From Octopus sinensis (lineage: Eukaryota): a DNA stretch of 64,000 bases. The notes under the pieces were generated by a model. The model searched no databases. It was not told the origin of the DNA and saw only the letters and a program-made list of their open reading frames with translations. This document shows, piece after piece, positions 25,426-38,663 of this stretch. The stretch is taken from NCBI RefSeq assembly GCF_006345805.1, contig NC_043007.1, positions 68,758,001 through 68,822,000 on the forward strand. The letters are read 5' to 3'. Each line of letters begins with the position of its first letter. Within the stretch, counting starts at the first letter, position 1. The position numbers and the translations under genes are program-made.

Positions 25426-25488
25426 ATGGTGTCTGTCATTTGATCACATTTTTATACAGATTTGTTACGACTTCATTTTCATAAAACA

Positions 25489-25870
25489 CTAGCAGTATCG
25501 CCCGGCGTTGCTCGGGTTTGTAAGGGAAATAACTATATAAGCATTTTTAGAGAGTTATAGCCAAAAAATAGCAAAAAATGCATTAAAAATGGAAAAAAAT
25601 TATGGTGAATTTTTTTTTTAAATCGTTGACTCATCGTAGACATTTTTAGAGAGTTACTTCCCTTATATAATAGCGAAAAAATGCATTAAAATGGAAAAAA
25701 ATGATGGTAATTTTTTTTAAATCGTAGACGCGCGCTAATACCCAGACGGGCTCGATATGAATCACGACTATAAGATACCCGGTTTTGGTTAAACTGCACC
25801 GCAAAATGTGGGAGTAGTTAGGAATCTAAATCGTAGGAGACAGACACAACCTTTCTTTTATATATAAAGA
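25489..25870 (-). mobile_element. Non-autonomous Helitron, 382 bp
   Basis: Minus strand A|TC...CTAG|T with a GC-rich hairpin (cccgagcaacgccggg) just upstream of CTAG; no TSD. Confidence 0.8.
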
Positions 25871-26432
25871 TATTTACGTGACTATGTATCTCTAAAGCTG
25901 TTTAAACAGAGCAGTACATTAAATGACAAAGGTGTCATTACGTATCATGATCTTGCATTCCAGATCTGAAGTAGACAATAGTAATTCTTTGCGTTACAGT
26001 TACTTGTAGAATTATTACTTGAAGTAATGTGCTTATTTATTATTATAATGAACAATAAAGGTGAAGAACTGATGATGAAAAGGAATTAGAAACTCTCAGG
26101 CATATGTTTTCCAAACAGGTTACTTTAGAGCTATAAGTTTTCAGTTGACAACTGAAACTCTGTCAGCTTATTGGAGCTTTATCCATTACAATTTGACGTT
26201 CGCTACAATAATTTGAAAGTAATATTTAAAGGATTTTGTCGTTTTTATGTGTTCAGCAAGACAAAATTCCTTCAATGCGTTTTGATTTCAAATATCTTCG
26301 CTGTTATTTCATCCGGAAATATATTAATTAAAATCTCAGCGGAGAAATTGCAGTGTTCATATATATATATATATATGGTGTCTGTCATTTGATCACATTT
26401 TTATACAGATTTGTTGCGCATATATATATATA

Positions 26433-26483
<51 letters not shown>

Positions 26484-26980
26484 ATATATATATATATGTA
26501 TATATATACATACATATATATATATACATATATATGTGTGTGTGTGTGTGGGCTTGTTTGTGTGTATCTGTATGTGTCTGTGTAAATAGTCATCTTCACA
26601 ATATGTCGGAAGTAATTTTCACATTCTATCATTTGTTAGAAAATCCCCTAGTTATGAAATTAGTTTTTCTCAAAAGAATAATTTTTATTTTAGTAATTAT
26701 TGCTTTTAATTATGTAAAGGAGAACAAAAAACATCGTTTCTGCCGTTTATTTTTAATTACGATTTTAATTTGGTCTTTTAATCGATTTTTTAATTAATTA
26801 TTTCTAGTAGTAAAAAGAATATCAGTTTTAATTTCCAGTTACATTTTATCCTGTAGAAATATTACTTTATGATTTTTTTAAAAATTCCTTCTAACTTTGT
26901 TATAATTTCCTACAAAGGGAAATATAGGGAAATATAAGGAAATGAATTTTTAGAATTAGGTATACTACCCGCTATAAAGG

Positions 26981-27024
<44 letters not shown>

Positions 27025-27276
27025 CAATAATAATATTAGGGAGTATAACTCCAAACTTACAGGGAAAAATTCAATTTAGTATTAAATCAAATTTCACAAT
27101 ATATATATAATATATAAATTAGAGAAAAACCACTTATTATATATTGTTTATTCATTTTTCTACTTTTTATGATCTAGTTATATGTTTTTAAAAAATATAT
27201 TTTATTTTTTATTTATGATTTGGTTATGTCTATCATTGTTTGAATTGCATAATAGTGATTTTTCTCTAATTTATAT

Positions 27277-27333
<57 letters not shown>

Positions 27334-27461
27334 AGATGTCTGTATGAGTGTGTGTGCAATTGTGTGTGTGCATATATAAACATACATATATATATATATC
27401 AACGCTGTAAAAAAAAACAATTAAACACAAACCCACAGTGCATGGAGCTGATAATAATAAT

Positions 27462-28860
27462 AGCTGGATTAAGAAATGTCTGGAAATGTATAAAAGAGCA
27501 CCTACTTCGTGAAACGTTTTGTCTGTAAGTATGAGATCACGGAGAACCACACGGACAGTAAATCACGGAGAACCACAGTGGCAGTAAATCACTTAATGTT
27601 AGAGATGTAAGAATTTAATGTGGCATTTTCCAGGGTGACTCACTATCACCACTCCACTTTTGTCTAGCCTTAATACCTCTCGCGAAATTGTTCAATGTTG
27701 TACAGTACGGTTATAAAATGTTTGATAAAAATATAAATCATCTCATTTACATGAATAATTTAAAGCTCTTTGCAAAAAATGACCAATCACTCAAATGTTT
27801 ACTAGCGATTTTTAAACAGTGCAGTGATGACATCAAGATGCAATTTGGCCATGATGAATGTGCAAAAGCTACCTTTATCAAAGGAAAAATGACAGAAATA
27901 TCTAACGTTAAACTTGACCAGCAGAATGTCATAAAAGAGTTAGAACCAGCGAGAGCTACAAATACCTAGGAGTATTTGAAGGGGACGGAATCAAATATTC
28001 AGTGATGAGGGAAAGGATCAGAACAGAATGTTATCACAGGGTGAGTGCAATACTACAGATAGAGCTGAATGCAAGAAACGGTCGAAGTGATCAATACTTT
28101 AGCCATACCCGTGGTGACTTACAAGTTTCAATATCATTAACTGGTCAATTACTGAAATATGTAATCTTGACCGAAGGATACTCAGTAACAAAACAGGTAA
28201 AGGAATATATAAGTGAATTCCAAATACAAATTCCTGAATTTGACGTACTAGAAAAAGCTAAGCGTATGAAAACCCATGCTAAAACTGCTGCCTTAGTTAT
28301 TATTACTGATAAATGGCAAGAAAGACGTCTCAATGGCAAATACCCAAAGAGAACTAATAATGCCGATGTTGACAAAGCCCTTACTCGTCAATGGCTAATG
28401 GCTTCTGGCTTAAAATCAGAAACAAAAGGGTTTATCATAGTAGCCCAAGCTCAATGCTTACTTACAAGAAACTACCAGGCCAACATATTAAAGAATGGTA
28501 GCTTTCCAACATGTCGTGTATATCAACAACAAAATGAAGCCATTGATCATGTTGTCTCCATGTGCAGTCTTCTTGCGCCTACAGAGTATTTCAACATGCA
28601 TGATAGAGCTGCACAATACATTCACTGGGTAATTTGCAAAAACCTGGACTTGCCCCATGATAAAAACTGGTGGGAACACAAACCACTTCCAGTGCTTGAA
28701 AATGATCACATCTCACTCCTCTGGAACTTCACCATTCAAACTGACAGAAAGATAGATGCAAATAAGCCAGACGTTATATTGAAAGGCTTCAGACAAAAAT
28801 CATGCCTGCCCATTGGTATGACTGTTCCAATCGATATAAACCTATCTGTCCCAGGTAAAA
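27462..28860 (+). mobile_element. R4/Dong-like copy a, decayed, internally deleted, 3' end missing
   Basis: Close homolog of 30084-31700 (GIFQGDSLSP, HLIYMNN, SGLKSETKGFI, CRVY..ETIDH-like knuckle, KPDVI); begins right after ataataataata. Confidence 0.9.
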
Positions 28861-28874
28861 ATCCGAAGTAACAA

Positions 28875-29918
28875 TCAATGAGGTATCTATCAAGGCGACT
28901 TTTGTTCACCTCTGTTATTTGTTATAGCCTTGATCCCACTTTCTGTAGTCCTACATAAAATGAAAGTGCACTCTGAGCTGAGAAATAACGGACCTCGTCT
29001 CAACCATCTTCGCTTCATGGATGATTTTAAATGTTCGCAGAAACAGCCAGAATTGGAGAGGCTGGTTGAGACTGTGAAAATGTGCAGCAAGGATATAGGG
29101 ATGGAATTCGGTACCTCAAAGTGTGTGGTGCTTACTTTGCAGCGGGGTAAAAGAGTAGGGGCATAGAATTGCCAAACGGAGAGAATGGAAGATCAGGATG
29201 ATGAGGGGTACATGTACCTTACGATCATGGAGGTAGAAAATATCTTGCACAGAGAAATGAAAGATAAGGTCTTCACTGCATATTTCAAGCGCCTGAAACT
29301 TCTTTTGAAATCAAAGCTCAACTCAAGGAACATATGGGCTCTTGTTATAGGCCATATGCACCCATCCTGAGATGGATACAAGCAGAGACTGACCAACTCG
29401 ATAGCACTACCTGAAAGACAAAGGTAATGTATGGTGCGTTCCACCCTAAAGCAAATTTACAAATGCTCTACGTGAAGAGAGGTAAGGGTGGACTGGTTAG
29501 CGTACGGGAATGCATCAACAGTAAAAGAATAAACATGACGGAATATTTGGTAAACAGCAAAGAAGACAGCATGCTGCTAGTGCAGAAGGAGTCAACAGAA
29601 ATGAACTTGAGCATGCTCATGAATTCCGAACAAGAACAGCTAACGAGAGAGAAGAGACTGTACTCCGTATAGAATTACATGGTCAGTTCCACCGTGAAAC
29701 CAACAATACCAACCAATCTGAAAAAAAAAACCATCTGCAAACCTTAGAAATGCCCTTCAATTTAGTTGTATTGCAAAAGTCGGCATTGCTAGGAACTGCA
29801 GACATATTGCATAAAGTACTGTCTGTCTAAGCGTCTTGTTGTTACTTGGCAAACATTACAAATTATCTTCAATCAACAACCTCACGCGATATTGTATACG
29901 TTGCGACGTCTACAATAA

Positions 29919-29920
<2 letters not shown>
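28875..29920 (+). mobile_element. R4/Dong-like second lineage, deleted and decayed
   Basis: YQGDFCSPLLFVIALIPLS, NHLRFMDD, MEFGTSKC, HPKANLQMLYVKRGKGG, LQKSALLGTADILHKVLSV*, then (TAA)n. Confidence 0.8.
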
Positions 29921-29993
<73 letters not shown>

Positions 29994-30032
29994 TAATACA
30001 ATAAATATAATAATAATATAATAATAATAATA

Positions 30033-30083
<51 letters not shown>

Positions 30084-30084
<1 letters not shown>

Positions 30085-32141
30085 TGAGATCATGGAGAAC
30101 CACACTAACTTATGAGATCATGGAGAACCACACTAACTAATATGAGATCATGGAGAACCACACTAACTCTGAACAGTGACAGTGAATCCCTAAATGCTGG
30201 TGATGTAAAAATTTCGTGTGGCATTTTCCAGGGTGACTCACTGTCACCACTCCTCTTTTGTTTATCCTTAATACCTCTCTCAAAGCTGCTCAATGACGCG
30301 CAGTACGGGTATAAAATGTTTGATAAAAATATAAATCATCTCGTTTACATGGATGATTTAAAGCTTTTTGCAAAAAATGATCAACAACTCAAGGGCTTAC
30401 TAGCGATAGTCAAACAATTCAGTGACGACATCAGAATGCAATTCGGCCTCGATAAATGTGCAAAGGCTACCTTTATCAAAGGAAAAATGACAGAAACATC
30501 TAACGTTAACCTTGACCAACAGAATGTCATAAGAGAACTAGACCCAGCGGAGAGCTACAAGTACCTAGGGGTAATTGAAGGGAACGGAATAAGGCATTCA
30601 GAGATGAAGGAAAGGATCAGGAGAGAATGCTATCGAAGAGTGAGAGCAATACTCAAGACAGAGCTGAATGCAAGAAACAGGATCGAAGCAATCAATGCAT
30701 TAGCTATACCAGTCGTGACTTACAGTTTCAATATTGTTAACTGGTCAATTACTGAAATATGTCAGCTCGACAGAAAAATAAGGAAACTGTTGACAATGCA
30801 TAGAATGCACCACCCTAAGGCAGATACAGAACGACTCTATCTGCCAAGAAAAGAGGGAGGCCGTGGTCTTTTGCAACTGGCAATAACAATGAAGATTGCT
30901 ACAATTGGCCTAGACACCTACCTGAAAAACTCGGAGGACTGGATGTTAAAACTTGTCTCAAAACATGAAAACAAGAAAGCATCATACTCAGTCACAAAAC
31001 AGGCAAAGGAATATCTAAGTGAATTCCGAATACAACCAATTTCGGAATTAGAGATAGACATATAAGAAACAAGCACAGAAAAAGCTAGGCGCATGAAAAC
31101 CCGTGCCAAAACTGCGGCCTTAGATATTCTGAATAATAAATGGCAAGAAAAACCTCTCTACGGCAAATACCCAAAGAGAGCGAATAATGCAGATATCGAC
31201 AAAGCCCTGACCCATCAATGGCTAATGGCCTCTGGCTTAAAATCTGAAACAGAGGGGTTTATCATAGCAGCTCAAGATCAATGCCTACCAACAAGAAACT
31301 ACCAGGCCAACATATTAAAGATCAGAAGCAGTCCAACGTGTCGTGTATGCAAGCAACAAAATGAAACCATTGACCATGTGGTCTCCAAGTGCAGTCTTCT
31401 AGCGCCTACAGAGTATCTCAACAGGCACGATAGAGCTGCACAATATATTCACTGGGTAATCTGTAAAAACCTGGATTTGCCCCATGAAAAAAACTGGTGG
31501 GAACACAAACCACCCCCAGTGCTTGAAAATGACCACATCTCACTCCTCTGGAACTTCACCATTCAAACTGACAGGAAGATAGATGCAAATAGGCCAGACA
31601 TCATATTGAAAGACTTCAAACAAAGAACATGCCTCCTCATTGATATGACTGTCCCAATCGATATAAACGTATCTGTCAGGACCTACCAAAAACTGAGCAA
31701 ATATAAAGATCTTGAAATAGAAATCAGCAAAATGTGGAAGCTGAAGACTAAAACAATACCTGTTGTCATAGGTGCCCTGGGAATGATAGCAAAAGGGGCT
31801 GATAGCTACCTAACTCAGATACCAGGAAACCCAAAAATGGCAGAAGTTCAAAAGATAGTGCTCATGGGAACTGCTCATATCCTACGCAAAATACTCTCTA
31901 TGTAACCTCAAGGTTTAAAACAACCATAATTTTCGGTTTAAAAAAAATAAAAAAAAAATTTAAAAAAAATTTTTTTAAACTTTTTTTTTTTTTAGACATT
32001 CATTAGTACAACATCCCCCCCCCCAAATATATGGCACACTAGGCATAACAACAACATGAACTTCCAACCCTGTTGTCTCTTGAGGTCTCTGGGTGAGACT
32101 TGGAGCCAACTTGTATAAATATAAAGCAAAAGTCAAACATA

Positions 32142-32142
<1 letters not shown>
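30084..32142 (+). mobile_element. R4/Dong-like non-LTR retrotransposon copy b, 5'-truncated, young
   Basis: ORFs 30112-31065 and 31093-31905 share one frame, split by a single TAA. RT (QGDSLSP, YMDD), CRVC..H...C knuckle, RHD, RPDII..LIDMTVP endonuclease, KYKDL; (TAA)n on both sides. Confidence 0.95.
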
Positions 32143-32177
<35 letters not shown>

Positions 32178-32254
32178 TAATAATAACGACGACGACAATG
32201 ACGACGACGACGATGATGACGATGATGACGATGATGATGATGATGATGATAATA

Positions 32255-32317
<63 letters not shown>

Positions 32318-32321
32318 TTAT

Positions 32322-32873
32322 AAAAGCCCTGATGCAGTGCCAGACAGTGGCTCTCGTGACTTCTGATCTTAACTGATTGGAAGTGTTATCATGTTTTGTC
32401 TTGGTATAAAAGATGGGCTACAGCAAATATTCAGCTCAATACAACAGATTTGCTTGTCAGTTATTTGACCTTAACCAGTTGACCATGTCCCTTAGTGGCT
32501 GATGATATGTACATCTCTAATCAAAAGCAGAAGTAGTGGGGCAGCATCATAGTCGTGTGTTGAAAGGAATTCTTGGAGGTTTAGATAATTCACCTTTGGA
32601 AACATGACTGGTTCGTTCAACATCCTTAAACAATCCCTATTCATGGACCTTTTGAACGGGATGGGCTACTCGACCAGAAGAAAATTCTAACTGGGCCCCA
32701 CCTGCAAGGTCATCCGCTGTTTATCTTGATATGAGATCACCATGTCGCGCACATATGGTTGTGATGTATGTGTCTGGTGTACCCTTATCAGACAGGTCGT
32801 CTTGATGGGTATACTGCGCTTCGTATATTTTACCCCAGTGCCACTTTGATGGCATGCACTGCTCTCTCACTCA
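32322..32873 (+). mobile_element. TAA-tract element copy 3 (full length, ~550 bp)
   Basis: aaaagccctgatgcag...gctctctcactca between (TAA)n and (TAA)(TGA)n. Confidence 0.92.
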
Positions 32874-32903
32874 ATAATAATGATAATGATGATGATGATG
32901 ATA

Positions 32904-32948
<45 letters not shown>

Positions 32949-32949
32949 C

Positions 32950-33020
<71 letters not shown>

Positions 33021-33597
33021 TAAATATTAGCTATTACGTGTGGCACAAAAATGAATAGGATCTTAAGTGAATACAGTAGGCTAATACAAAAAAAAGAGTA
33101 TAAGCGCAGGGACAACTGTATCGCTGAAAGAGTGCACCGAGATCTTAGAACTGTGTTTGGTCCAGCATGACTATTAAGAGACATGAACAAAAGCCAGTGA
33201 TTGTGGTTGTGAATAATAATTACAAAATTGTACGGGATTTCTCCTACGACGATTAAGCACACTATTGATACCAAAAAAGAACAGCTATGAATGTAGAGAA
33301 CAAAGAGAAAGGGTGATGATCAAGAGGTTACATAAGAAATTGAGAAAAGTGAGAGATATCGCGGCCCAGCCAGAGAGAAGGTATTGTTGGAGACAAAGGA
33401 GGCAATTGATTCTATGCTAAATGGGGCACTCAGCACAACACCAAAACATTAGAATGCAGTCTTTTAATGTTGACTCGCAGAATCGTGCCACTCTCTTATC
33501 TTATAGGAATTCTAAGAAAATTTCTCGTGATTTGCGAAGAACTGTAGTCACCAACACTAGAATACATCTCTGTAGACTAAAGTTCATGCAACTACCT

Positions 33598-33677
33598 CAT
33601 GATGATGATGATGATGATGGAGATGATAATGATGTTGATGATGATGATGATGATGACGGCATCGATGACGGTAATGG

Positions 33678-33709
<32 letters not shown>

Positions 33710-33751
33710 TGATGATGATGATGATGATGACGGCATCGATGACGGTAATGG

Positions 33752-33814
<63 letters not shown>

Positions 33815-33840
33815 CGATGATGATGATGATGGTGTTGATG
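33598..33840 (+). repeat. (GAT)n microsatellite with a duplicated 30-bp variant block
   Basis: gacggcatcgatgacggtaatggtgatgat at 33655 and 33729. Confidence 0.9.
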
Positions 33841-34149
33841 ATCGATATTATACCACGATTAACGTTATTACTATTATTGTTCCCGCGCACAATCCAGAGG
33901 CATAATTACCATGATAAACAGAAAAGCAGAAGCAGCTCAAGGAACAACAAACTTCTTTCTCCTCATTATATGAGGAATCCCAACAGAGAATATGCAATAT
34001 CAATGTAACGAAGAGTGGCTATTTTACCAAACCACGACAAAAGATCTAAGCTTTAGAAAATTTTAATATCTTTATCAAACAGCAACATCGATTCGGTTTT
34101 GGATTTGCTTTTGGAAGATTCTTTATATGAGTTCGTGTGTTGAAGCATA

Positions 34150-34337
34150 TTCTGTTGTGTCTGGGGATAGTCATTTTCTTTTTGTGTCTTATAATGTAAC
34201 ACACTCACCGGTGAAATTTCCACTTATTTCTTATAATTTTAGGAAAATAAAAATAAGAAATAGGTGGTAATTTCACCGGTGAGTATGTTACATTATAAGG
34301 CACAAAAAGAAAATGACTTTCCCCAGACACAACAGAA
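34150..34337. repeat. 85-bp inverted repeat (80/85 identity) with an 18-bp spacer
   Basis: Arms 34150-34234 and 34253-34337 compared manually. Confidence 0.9.
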
Positions 34338-34894
34338 AATCGATTCGGTTTTAAACTTTTTGAAAATTAAGGGGAAAAAACTGCTTAGAAAGAAACGATA
34401 CAAAACAGAGAGCAATATTAATGTTTTTCGGTATGTATGTATGTATGTATGTATGTATGTATGTTTGTATGTAAGGACAAGTAGTTGGCTTACTAGTAGT
34501 GGTGGCTATTTAAGGGGAGAGAATCGGTTTTCAGTTTATTATTCTGGTGTTGGGAAATCGTTATAAAAGAATGAAAACAACATACATATATTTCCATACA
34601 TTTCTTTTCATTTTTCATGAGATGAATGCATTAAAGTCCCTGGTAGCCTTGATCAGTACTTTGTGGTTCCCTTTCTGAAGTTTTCAGTACGACTTCATAT
34701 ATATATACATGCATATATATGTACAGCATACACACACCTGATAAAAACATACGTGTACTTCCAGACAAACACGCACACATTCGTAAATATATACATTTAC
34801 ACACACACACACACAAACACAAACACACACACACACACACCACACACACACACACACAAACACACATATATATATATATATATATACTCTTAGA

Positions 34895-35272
34895 AATTGC
34901 TGATGTGCTAGGTCATCCAGTACTTCATTGTTCGCCTTTTTTAAAGCCCTCTTAATTCTATCAACAAAACGCTCTGCTTGTCCATTTGACCTAGGATGAC
35001 ACGGCAGAGTGGTCACATACTCAATAACGTATATTTTACAAAATTTTCTAACACGTCTGATGTAAACGGAGTTCAATTATCAGACACGGTGGTATCCGAA
35101 TTACCACATCTGGCGACAATTCGTGTAAAAAAATTACTGTAACCGCAGATGTCGGCTTTTTACACATATGCACTTCAGGCCACTTTGAAAAACTGTCCAC
35201 TACAAAAAGGTAGTTTGAACCCTAAAGTGGACCTGTGTAATTAACATGCAGTCTGGACCATGGAATGTCTAC
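34895..35272 (-). pseudogene. Gypsy/Ty3 integrase catalytic core fragment
   Basis: PWSRLHVNYTGPL*GSNYLFVVDSFSKWPEV..TSAVTVIFLHEL..SDN*TPFTS..HPRSNGQAERFV..KRALKK; stops and frameshifts; no LTR seen. Confidence 0.88.
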
Positions 35273-35422
35273 TATAACAGAAACACACCAGCACCCGCTG
35301 TCAAGCGGTGGTGGGGGACAAACCACCACAAATATACACACATAGATGTATGTATGTATATATATATATGTATATACTGCGGTTACAGTAATTTTTTTAC
35401 ACGAATTGTCGCCAGATGTGGT

Positions 35423-35893
35423 AATTATAGGCTTATTGGCTTTCAATAAAATTCTATAATGCGCCCACTAGTGGTAGCTGTAGCACATGTTTACAAATCA
35501 ATGACACATCTCCTGAAAGGAGTTATGTAAGGCTTCTGTAAGACTCAACCATGCACTGCTTCATGTAAACAGCGTGCAAACTTTGTTAGAACAACTCAGT
35601 TTTCCAACAGGAAAACTATAGCTTTGAAGTACAAGAACGTGATGCGACCGCGAAATCAAGTAAAACTTAGTTCTAAAATTGTACGCAACGACAAAATAAA
35701 GTATTTTTTGGCTTAATTACACTTAACTGATTCTAAAATTTATATATTGACATTGGATTAGGGATAGGAATGGGACCAGACCTAAAACTAAAACGGAGCA
35801 GAACAGAACGGGAAAGAACCTGTGACAATGTAATGGGGACGGAAACTGGAAACAGTACCCACTTTTCCGGGTATTGCCTGGTAATTCAGCTAG
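35423..35893 (+). mobile_element. Helitron-like unit, copy 1 (3' portion)
   Basis: Hairpin CCGGGtattgCCTGG at 35867-35881, 8 nt, then CTAG|T at 35890-35894; reverse complement of 36364-36835. Confidence 0.75.
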
Positions 35894-35904
35894 TATACAC
35901 ACAC

Positions 35905-35940
<36 letters not shown>

Positions 35941-36006
35941 ACACACACACACACATACACACACACATACACACATACACATATACTCACATACATACAC
36001 ACACAT

Positions 36007-36114
<108 letters not shown>

Positions 36115-36194
36115 GTAGATTTAGATATAGGTATAGATATATACATATAAGTGTACGTCTGGCACAGACCTGGGCTGTATTGCAAGAACATTAT

Positions 36195-36270
<76 letters not shown>

Positions 36271-36363
36271 ATGTATGTGTATGTATGTGAGTATATGTGT
36301 ATGTGTGTATGTGTGTGTGTGTATGTGTGTGTATGTGTGTGTGTGTGTGCGTGTGTGTGTATA

Positions 36364-36960
36364 TACTAGCTGAATTACCAGGCAATACCCGGAAAAGTGG
36401 GTACTGTTTCCACTTTCCGTCCCCATTACATTGTCACAGGTTCTTTCCCGTTCTGTTCTGCTCCGTTTTAGTTTTAGGTCGGGTCCCATTCCTATCCCTA
36501 ATCCAATGTCAATATATAAATTTTAGAATCAGTTAAGTGTAATTAAGCCAATAAATATTTTATTTTGTCGTTGTGTGCATTTTAGAGCTAAGTTTTGCTT
36601 GATTTCTCGGTGGTATCGCGTTCTTGTACTTCAAAGCTATAGTTTTCCTGTTGGAAAACTGAGTTGTTCTAACAAAGTTTGCACGCTGTTTACATGAAGC
36701 AGTGCATGGTTGAGTCTTACAGAAGCCTTACATAACTCCTTTCAGGAGATGTGTCATTGATTTGTAAACATGTGCTACAGCTACCACTAGTGGGCGCATT
36801 ATAGAATTTTATTGAAAGCCAATAAGCCTATAAATCAACTGGATGTTAGTTTAGTATGTATGCAAAGTTTCAAGATTGCTTCACTGGTGTAGGCAGCAAC
36901 ATGGTAACAGACAGATAGACAGCAGACAGACAGACAGAATTTGAAATTTATGTATCAATG
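36364..36960 (-). mobile_element. Helitron-like unit, copy 2
   Basis: A|CTAG at the left end with the same hairpin; (GACA)n microsatellite near the other end. Confidence 0.75.
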
Positions 36961-36961
36961 C

Positions 36962-36996
<35 letters not shown>

Positions 36997-37019
36997 TATA
37001 CATATATATATCTACATAT

Positions 37020-37055
<36 letters not shown>

Positions 37056-37135
37056 ATATACTCACATACATACACACACACATACACACATACACATATA
37101 CTCACATACATACACACACATATAGATAGATAGAT

Positions 37136-37231
<96 letters not shown>

Positions 37232-37311
37232 GTAGATTTAGATATAGGTATAGATATATACATATAAGTGTACGTCTGGCACAGACCTGGGCTGTATTGC
37301 AAGAACCTTAT

Positions 37312-37391
<80 letters not shown>

Positions 37392-37485
37392 ATGTATGTG
37401 TATGTATGTGAGTATATGTGTATGTGTGTATGTGTGTGTGTGTATGTGTGTGTATGTGTGTGTGTGTGTGCGTGTGTGTGTGTAT

Positions 37486-38061
37486 ACTAGCTGAATTACC
37501 AGGCAATACCCGGAAAAGTGGGTACTGTTTCCACTTTCCGTCCCCATTACATTGTCACAGGTTCTTTCCCGTTCTGTTCTGCTCCGTTTTAGTTTTAGGT
37601 CGGGTCCCATTCCTATCCCTAATCCAATGTCAATATATAAATTTTAGAATCAGTTAAGTGTAATTAAGCCAATAAACATTTTATTTTGTCGTTGTGTGCA
37701 ATTTTAGAGCTAAGTTTTGCTTGATTTCTCGGTGGTATCGCGTTCTTGTACTTCAAAGCTATAGTTTTCCTGTTGGAAAACTGAGTTGTTCTAACAAAGT
37801 TTGCACGCTGTTTACATGAAGCAGTGCATGGTTGAGTCTTACAGAAGCCTTACATAACTCCTTTCAGGAGATGTGTCATTGATTTGTAAACATGTGCTAC
37901 AGCTACCACTAGTGGGCGCATTATAGAATTTTATTGAAAGCCAATAAGCCTATAATTCAACTGGATGTTAGTTTAGTATGTATGCAAAGTTTCAAGATTG
38001 CTTCACTGGTGTAGGCAGCAACATGGTAACAGACAGATAGACAGCAGACAGACAGACAGAA

Positions 38062-38065
<4 letters not shown>
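37486..38065 (-). mobile_element. Helitron-like unit, copy 3 (tandem duplicate of copy 2 plus flank)
   Basis: Nearly identical to copy 2; only a few differences seen outside the microsatellites. Confidence 0.75.
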
Positions 38066-38121
<56 letters not shown>

Positions 38122-38663
38122 TATATATTATATATAATATATATATATATATATAATATATATATATAATATATACGAATGCGTATATGAGCATATATAC
38201 ATGAATGTATGAATATATGTACGTATGTATGTATATTTACACGTATACATTTAGTTATTTGGCTACTTATAGTAATGTTCAATGTTTGTCAAAATTCATC
38301 TGATATTGTTGACTTAATCTCTTAAATTTTGATTATATTTACTTGTTTTGATTATATTTCCATTTAGTTACATTTCCAGATTCTATGTAGGCGGTTGAAA
38401 GCAGCGGATATGCTTACAATGAAAATTTACACACCTAAGAACGAATATACAGTTTACATTTATTACAAGTACATATTTATAAATAAACACCTAAGAGGAG
38501 CTCGTGTGTATTTGGTTGTGAATATATCAATGTATATATTTTTGTGGGGGTGTATGTTAGAGGGGATACTGAAAAGTTCTTGAATGGCTTTGGGATAAAG
38601 AAAATACAGAAAGATGAGTTAATAATTTTATTCAACATATTCTCCCGTCAGATTTACACACAT

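Noticed and set aside
30084-30170. CRISPR-like repeats (also 42899-43024)
   Set aside because: Eukaryotic context, no cas genes; either no spacers or only three degenerate units.
32350-32395. U2 snRNA-like patch in the TAA-tract element (atcagttaagatcaga on the minus strand)
   Set aside because: Only a short imperfect match; the U2 5' end and branch-site pairing region are absent.
38555-38660. mariner-like MITE ends (also 34630-34716, 41764-41800, 57937-57960)
   Set aside because: Only single TIR-like stubs recognised from memory; no paired TIR with TA duplication found.
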